From the NCBI GenBank assembly GCA_965221775.1, contig CBDCSU010000005.1:416001-480000 (forward strand): 64,000 nucleotides of DNA, given 5' to 3'. A program made the position numbers and the translations under genes. The first letter of the stretch is position 1. Every line of letters begins with the position of its first letter. The notes beneath the pieces were generated by a model, which had not been told where the DNA came from, searched no databases, and was given only the letters and a program-made list of their open reading frames with translations. Of this stretch, positions 59,344-64,000 are shown piece by piece. The DNA comes from Candidatus Latescibacterota bacterium. GTDB lineage: Bacteria > Latescibacterota > UBA2968 > UBA8231.

Positions 59344-60378
59344 TCAGCCCCCGGGGAAGCGCACCCCCAGTTTGACGTTCTCCTCCGGCGCGGCGGCGAT
59401 CTTCGGGTACTCCACCAGCAGGTCGTCGAAGTCGACGATGGGCCGCACCACCGGGACCGCGTCCAGGGAGCCGTCGCGCAGCAGGCCCCAGACGACGTCG
59501 AAGAGGCGGGCCTCGTCCCACCTCGGGTGATCCGGGTTGGGCTCGGAGCAGGCCCGCGAGAACACCAGGGTGGGGCGGTTCATGTGGGCCTCGGCGCCGA
59601 GGTCGAGGCCGGCGGGCCAGGCGCCCGGAGCGGCCCCCGGCACCACCGTCCCGAGGTAGGCGACGCCGCGCAGGGCCTGCTGCAGGGCCTCGTGGTGACC
59701 GCTGTAGTCGATGCAGACGTCGGCGCCGCGTCCGCCCGTGGCCCCGCGGATCTCCAGCCCCGCATCGCAGGCCGCCGGGTCGAGCGTCAGGTCGGCGCCG
59801 GTCTCCGCGGCCACCTGGCGGCGCAACTCGATGGGGTCGACGCCGATGACGGGAGACGCCCCCGAGAGGCGCGCCAGCTGCACCACCATGAGGCCGATCG
59901 CCCCGAGGCCGAAGACGGCCACCGCGTCGCCGAGTCGCACGTGGCCGTCGCGCACGGCGCCGAGGGCGAAGTCGGCCGGGTCGAGGCAGACCGCCGCCTG
60001 CCACGGCACGCCATCGGGCAGGTGCCGCACGCGGCCGCCCTCCCAGACGTGCTCCTCGCGGAAGGGGCCGTGGGCGAAGACGGTGTCACCCACGGCGACA
60101 CCCTCCACGGCGGGACCCGTCTCCACCACCTCGCCGACGCACATGTTCCCGAGGGTGACCGGGTAGCGGACGCCGGGCCGCTCGGCCCGGAAGAGGCGGC
60201 TCTCGCCGTCGAAGGCGCCGCGGGGGCCGGCGTATCCCCGGTACTGGGACATCTCGGTGCCGTGCTTGGCCGCCCCCCAGCGGCTGCGCACGCGCACCTG
60301 GGTCGGCGCCAGCGGCGGGGACTCGATCTCGTCGAAGGCCACCTGACCGGGGCCGGGGGCGATCAGTTGTCTCGGCAT
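59344..60378 (-). CDS. MDR superfamily (zinc-binding alcohol dehydrogenase-like) oxidoreductase
   Basis: GroES-like N-domain (VGEVVETG..V..VAVGD), VAVFGLGAIG, GADVCID. Confidence 0.88.
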   Translation of the reverse strand: MPRQLIAPGPGQVAFDEIESPPLAPTQVRVRSRWGAAKHGTEMSQYRGYAGPRGAFDGESRLFRAERPGVRYPVTLGNMCVGEVVETGPAVEGVAVGDTVFAHGPFREEHVWEGGRVRHLPDGVPWQAAVCLDPADFALGAVRDGHVRLGDAVAVFGLGAIGLMVVQLARLSGASPVIGVDPIELRRQVAAETGADLTLDPAACDAGLEIRGATGGRGADVCIDYSGHHEALQQALRGVAYLGTVVPGAAPGAWPAGLDLGAEAHMNRPTLVFSRACSEPNPDHPRWDEARLFDVVWGLLRDGSLDAVPVVRPIVDFDDLLVEYPKIAAAPEENVKLGVRFPGG

Positions 60379-60402
60379 GTTCCGCGTCGGTCCGGCGGGG
60401 TT

Positions 60403-60432
60403 TTGACAGAAAAGGGGCGCAAAATGTAGCCT
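60403..60432 (+). promoter_or_regulatory. Probable sigma70 promoter
   Basis: TTGACA (60403-60408), 18 nt, TAGCCT (60427-60432) in a divergent intergenic region. Confidence 0.55.
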
Positions 60433-60466
60433 TGCCCGCCGCCCTCCTTCCACCCGATCCCAGACG

Positions 60467-61438
60467 ATGATTCCCATGGACCGAGTGAAGATCCTCGTGC
60501 CCGGCGACGACCCGCCGCAGATCGCCGGCTCCCCGCAGCTCGACCGCCTGGCCCCTTACGGCGACGTCACCGTTCACGAGACGCGGCCGGCCGACAAGGC
60601 GGATCAGGTCGAGCGCGCCCGCGGCTTCCACGTCATCATCAACTCCCGGGGCGCCGTGAGTTGGCGCGCCGACGAGCTGCGGGCCCTGCCCGACCTGAGG
60701 ATGATCACCACCTGCTCCATCGGCACCGACATGATCGACCTCGACGCGGCCCGTCAGCGCGGCATCGTCGTCTCCAACCAGCCGGGGCGCACGGCGCCGG
60801 TGGTGGCCGAGCACATGTTCGGCCTCCTCTTCACGGTGGCCAAGCGCGCCGCCTTCCAGACCGCCGAGCTGCGCGAGCACCGCTGGACGCGGCGCATGAA
60901 CCTCACCGTGCAGGGCAAGGTCCTGGGCATCGTCGGCACCGGCAACATCGGCGCCGAGATGGCGCGCCTCGGGGCCTGCCTCGGCATGGAGGTGATCGCC
61001 TGGACCTTCAACCCCTCCCCCGAGAGGGCGGCGGACCTGGGGGTGACGTTCGTCGAGCTGGACGAGCTGCTCGCCCGGTCCGACTACGTGAGCCTCCACG
61101 TGGCGCTCACCGACGACACGCGGCACCTCATCGCGGCGCCGCAGCTGGCCGCCATGAAGCCGGAGGCGGTGCTGCTCAACGGCGCCCGCGGCGAGGTGGT
61201 CGATCTGGAGGCCCTGGCCGCGGCCCTCGACTCGGGAGGGCTCGCCGGCGCCGGCCTCGACGTCTTCCCCGACGAGCCCTTCCTGGAGGACCACCCCATC
61301 AAGCGCTGCGAGCAGGTGGTGATGACCCCCCACATGGCCGACCAGACCCCCGAGGGCGTGGAGCTGCTCAACGTCGGCGCCGTGGACAACATCATCGCCT
61401 GGCTGGAGGGACAGCCGCGCAACAACGTCGCCGCCTGA
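60467..61438 (+). CDS. D-2-hydroxyacid dehydrogenase (phosphoglycerate dehydrogenase-like)
   Basis: VAEH, LGIVGTGNIG, DYVSLH, NGARGEVVD, GLDVFPDEP, TPHMA. Start could be ATG 60476. Confidence 0.93.
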   Translation: MIPMDRVKILVPGDDPPQIAGSPQLDRLAPYGDVTVHETRPADKADQVERARGFHVIINSRGAVSWRADELRALPDLRMITTCSIGTDMIDLDAARQRGIVVSNQPGRTAPVVAEHMFGLLFTVAKRAAFQTAELREHRWTRRMNLTVQGKVLGIVGTGNIGAEMARLGACLGMEVIAWTFNPSPERAADLGVTFVELDELLARSDYVSLHVALTDDTRHLIAAPQLAAMKPEAVLLNGARGEVVDLEALAAALDSGGLAGAGLDVFPDEPFLEDHPIKRCEQVVMTPHMADQTPEGVELLNVGAVDNIIAWLEGQPRNNVAA

Positions 61439-61454
61439 GGCGCGGGAGAGGCGC

Positions 61455-62294
61455 GTGTTCACCTCCCTGAGCCCCGGCGCCATCGGCGTCGCCGCCGGCG
61501 GCCTCGAGGACACCCTGCGGCTGGCCGCCGCCCACGGCTTCGAAGGCTGCCACTTCAACATCGCCGAGGCGGCCGGCCTCGGTGCTTCCGCCGCCGCCGA
61601 CGCCGCCGCGGCGGCGGGCGTGCGCCTCTCCGCCTTCGGCTTCCCCCTCGACTTCCGCGGCGCCGAGGCCGACTTCGAGCGAGACCTGGACGCCCTGCCC
61701 GCCCTGACGCGCACCGCCGAGGCCCTGGGCGTGGGGCGCACCGCCACCTGGATCGCCCCCGCCTCGGACGAGCTGACCTACGAGGAGAACTTCGCCCTCC
61801 ACGCGCGGCGGCTGAAGCCGGCGGTGGAGATCCTCGCCGGCCACGGGATCCGCCTCGGGCTGGAGTACGTGGGGCCCGACAACAGCCGCCGGGGGCGCCG
61901 CCACGAGTTCGTCCACACCATGGACCAGATGGGGCAGCTGTGCGCCGCCGTGGGGCCCAACTGCGGCTACCTGCTCGACGCCTGGCACTGGTACACGGCG
62001 CGGGAGGACGCCTCCCACCTGCTGAGGCTGGAAGCGGCGCAGGTGGTGGACGTCCACGTCAACGACGCCCCCCGCCGCCCCGTGGGCGAGCAGCTCGACC
62101 ACGAACGCTGCCTTCCCGGCGAGACCGGCGTCATCGACATCGCCGCCTTCCTGGGCAGCCTCGAGCGCATCGGCTACGACGGCCCGGTGATGGTCGAGCC
62201 CTTCAGCCAGCGGCTGCGGGAGATGCCGGCGGCCGAGGCCTGCGCCGCCACGAGGACCGCCCTTCGCAAGGTCTTCGCCCAGGCGGGGCTCTGA
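61455..62294 (+). CDS. Sugar phosphate isomerase/epimerase (TIM barrel)
   Basis: LGLEYVGP, LLDAWHW, VHVNDA, LPGETGVID, GYDGPVMVEPF. Confidence 0.9.
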   Translation: MFTSLSPGAIGVAAGGLEDTLRLAAAHGFEGCHFNIAEAAGLGASAAADAAAAAGVRLSAFGFPLDFRGAEADFERDLDALPALTRTAEALGVGRTATWIAPASDELTYEENFALHARRLKPAVEILAGHGIRLGLEYVGPDNSRRGRRHEFVHTMDQMGQLCAAVGPNCGYLLDAWHWYTAREDASHLLRLEAAQVVDVHVNDAPRRPVGEQLDHERCLPGETGVIDIAAFLGSLERIGYDGPVMVEPFSQRLREMPAAEACAATRTALRKVFAQAGL

Positions 62295-62435
62295 GTGCCT
62301 GCGCGCCCCGTCTCGCGCGAGTCCATTCGCCGATACGTGCCGGCGCGCCCCGTTGCGCCCGGTCGATGGATCCCCTGCCCGCCTCCGTCGCGCGCCTTGC
62401 GGGCCAGGCGCCTCGGCAGGCACTGAGGCCTCGGG

Positions 62436-63611
62436 ATGGCCGCCCGCGTCGCCCACGTGGTCCCCACGGACCGCATCGCCTACCTGCTGCTGCGCCGGCG
62501 GCTGGGCCGCCTGGCCGACGCCGGGTTCGAGATCCACCTGCTCTGTGGACGCGCCCCCGACTCCGGCGCCCCCGGCGGCGTCGACTACGAGGCCGCCTTC
62601 TCGGGCCTCGGCGTGGAGGTCCACTACCAGACCTTCGAGCGCGAGATCTCGCCGGCGGCCGACGCCCGCTGCGCCGCCGAGCTCTATTTCGCCGTGCGCC
62701 GCGGCGGCTACGACATCGTCCACAGCCACAACCCCAAGGGCGGCCTCCTGGGCCCGCCCGCGGCGCGCCTGGCCGGCGCACGCCGGGTGCTGCACACGGT
62801 GCACGGCTTCCTGTTTCACGACCGCACCCGCGGCCTTCGCCGGGTCGAGGCCCTGGCGGCGGAGCGCTGGACGGCGAACTGGTGCCATCACCTGCTCTTC
62901 CAGGTCGAGGAAGACCTGGAGTACGCGCGCGACCACCGCTTCAAGGCCGCCGACCGACTGCACCTCGTGGGCAACGGCGTCGACGAGTCGTATTTCGACC
63001 TAGCCGCTGATCCTGCGGCAGGAGCCCGACGGCGCGCCGAGCTGGGTTGGGATGCAGACCACCTCGTGGTAGGCACCACGGGCCGTCTGGTACGGGAGAA
63101 GGGTTACGCCGAGTTCTTCGACATGGCCGGCCGCGTCGCCCGGCAGCGGGACGACGTGCGCTTCCTGGTGGTCGGGCTCTTCGAGCCGGAACAGTCCGAC
63201 GCCGTCGATCCGCACGAGCTGGCCCGGGCCCACGGCGTGGCCGACCGCTGCGCCGTGCTCCAGGGGCGGGACGACATGCCGGCCCTGTACGCGGCGATGG
63301 ACCTCTTCGTCCTCGCCTCGCACCGGGAGGGGCTCTCGCGGTCGCTGCTGGAGGCGGCGTCCATGGCGCGGCCGGCGGTGGCCTGCGACATCCGCGGCTG
63401 CCGCGAGATCGTCGTGGACGGCGTCACGGGCAGGCTGGCGCCGGTGCGCGACGCGGCGGCGCTGGCCGAGGCGGTGGGGGGCCTGCTGGACGACGAGCCC
63501 GCCCGCCGGCAGATGGGGCGGGCGGCCCGGGAGCGGGTGGTGGCGCGCTACACGGAGGACCGCGTCGCCCGGCGCGTGATCGACTGCTACCGGCAGGTCC
63601 TCGGCGCCTGA
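62436..63611 (+). CDS. Glycosyltransferase family 4 protein
   Basis: DIVHSHNPKGG, HTVHG, GNGVD, GRLVREKG, SHREGLSRSLLEA, GCREIV. Confidence 0.93.
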   Translation: MAARVAHVVPTDRIAYLLLRRRLGRLADAGFEIHLLCGRAPDSGAPGGVDYEAAFSGLGVEVHYQTFEREISPAADARCAAELYFAVRRGGYDIVHSHNPKGGLLGPPAARLAGARRVLHTVHGFLFHDRTRGLRRVEALAAERWTANWCHHLLFQVEEDLEYARDHRFKAADRLHLVGNGVDESYFDLAADPAAGARRRAELGWDADHLVVGTTGRLVREKGYAEFFDMAGRVARQRDDVRFLVVGLFEPEQSDAVDPHELARAHGVADRCAVLQGRDDMPALYAAMDLFVLASHREGLSRSLLEAASMARPAVACDIRGCREIVVDGVTGRLAPVRDAAALAEAVGGLLDDEPARRQMGRAARERVVARYTEDRVARRVIDCYRQVLGA

Positions 63612-63615
63612 GGCC

Positions 63616-64000
63616 TCAGGCGGAATCCCCGCCGCCGGCAGGGCCGTGCTTCTCCTCGAAGGCCTGGATCTCCTCGGCGCCGTCGAGGACCCCCATCTCC
63701 AGGTGGAAGTCGCGGACGGCGCCCGGCTCCAGGTACTCCAGGCAGCCGTTGGCGCGGTTCCAGGCGCGGCCGAGGGCGGAGCAGTTCCCGGGCTCGATGC
63801 CGGTCACGTACGAGCCCCGGTGGAAGTGCTGCCACTGGGTGATCAGGGGAATCTCCGCCACCGGGAAGCGCCAGTAGAGACCCAGGCCGAGGCGGTCGTT
63901 CACGAAGCCCACGTGGACCTGTCCCCGGCGGTCGGCGCGGGGCCGGTGCACGCAGACGTCGTGGCGCGCCTTCTTGCGGGGCGCCGCGGCGGTCGTGTAG
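63616..64000 (-). CDS. DUF4432/aldose 1-epimerase family protein, C-terminal part (start lies beyond the window)
   Basis: PLITQWQ...YVTGIEPGNC...LEPGAVRDFHLEMGVLDG. Confidence 0.8.
   Translation of the reverse strand, partial: YTTAAAPRKKARHDVCVHRPRADRRGQVHVGFVNDRLGLGLYWRFPVAEIPLITQWQHFHRGSYVTGIEPGNCSALGRAWNRANGCLEYLEPGAVRDFHLEMGVLDGAEEIQAFEEKHGPAGGGDSA

Noticed and set aside
59344-60378. MDR dehydrogenase lacking the canonical catalytic-zinc Cys and GHE motif
   Set aside because: Such variants are a widespread MDR subfamily, so this is not novel by itself.

Overview
High-GC bacterial chromosomal window with about 55 protein-coding genes. No rRNA, tRNA, CRISPR array or transposase was recognised. 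Housekeeping genes are purN, a short-form purH, dapA, dapB, katG, ppk1 and a GlmU-like gene. They sit among many catabolic enzymes: three phytanoyl-CoA dioxygenase-family proteins, three TIM-barrel sugar isomerases, beta-propeller glycoside-hydrolase-like proteins, and an SDR/acyl-CoA ligase/SCP-x thiolase/DUF35 operon. There is also an internalin-like LRR lipoprotein with a leishmanolysin-like zinc peptidase. This gene mix resembles sponge-symbiont genomes (inference only). The strongest candidate for an undescribed system is a divergent six-gene export locus at 16460-24749. One arm encodes TolC plus two paralogous secreted proteins (adaptor-like alpha-hairpin, Ig-like/NEW3 domains, C-terminal membrane anchor). 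The other arm encodes an ABC ATPase and two paralogous permeases. The arms share a 43-bp palindrome that contains back-to-back TTGACA boxes. Defence-like items are a partial GmrSD/DUF262 gene, a lower-GC PIN toxin/antitoxin/PD-(D/E)XK islet, and a probable internally deleted nuclease. All calls come from reading motifs by eye; no searches were run, and several start codons were re-picked inside the supplied ORFs.
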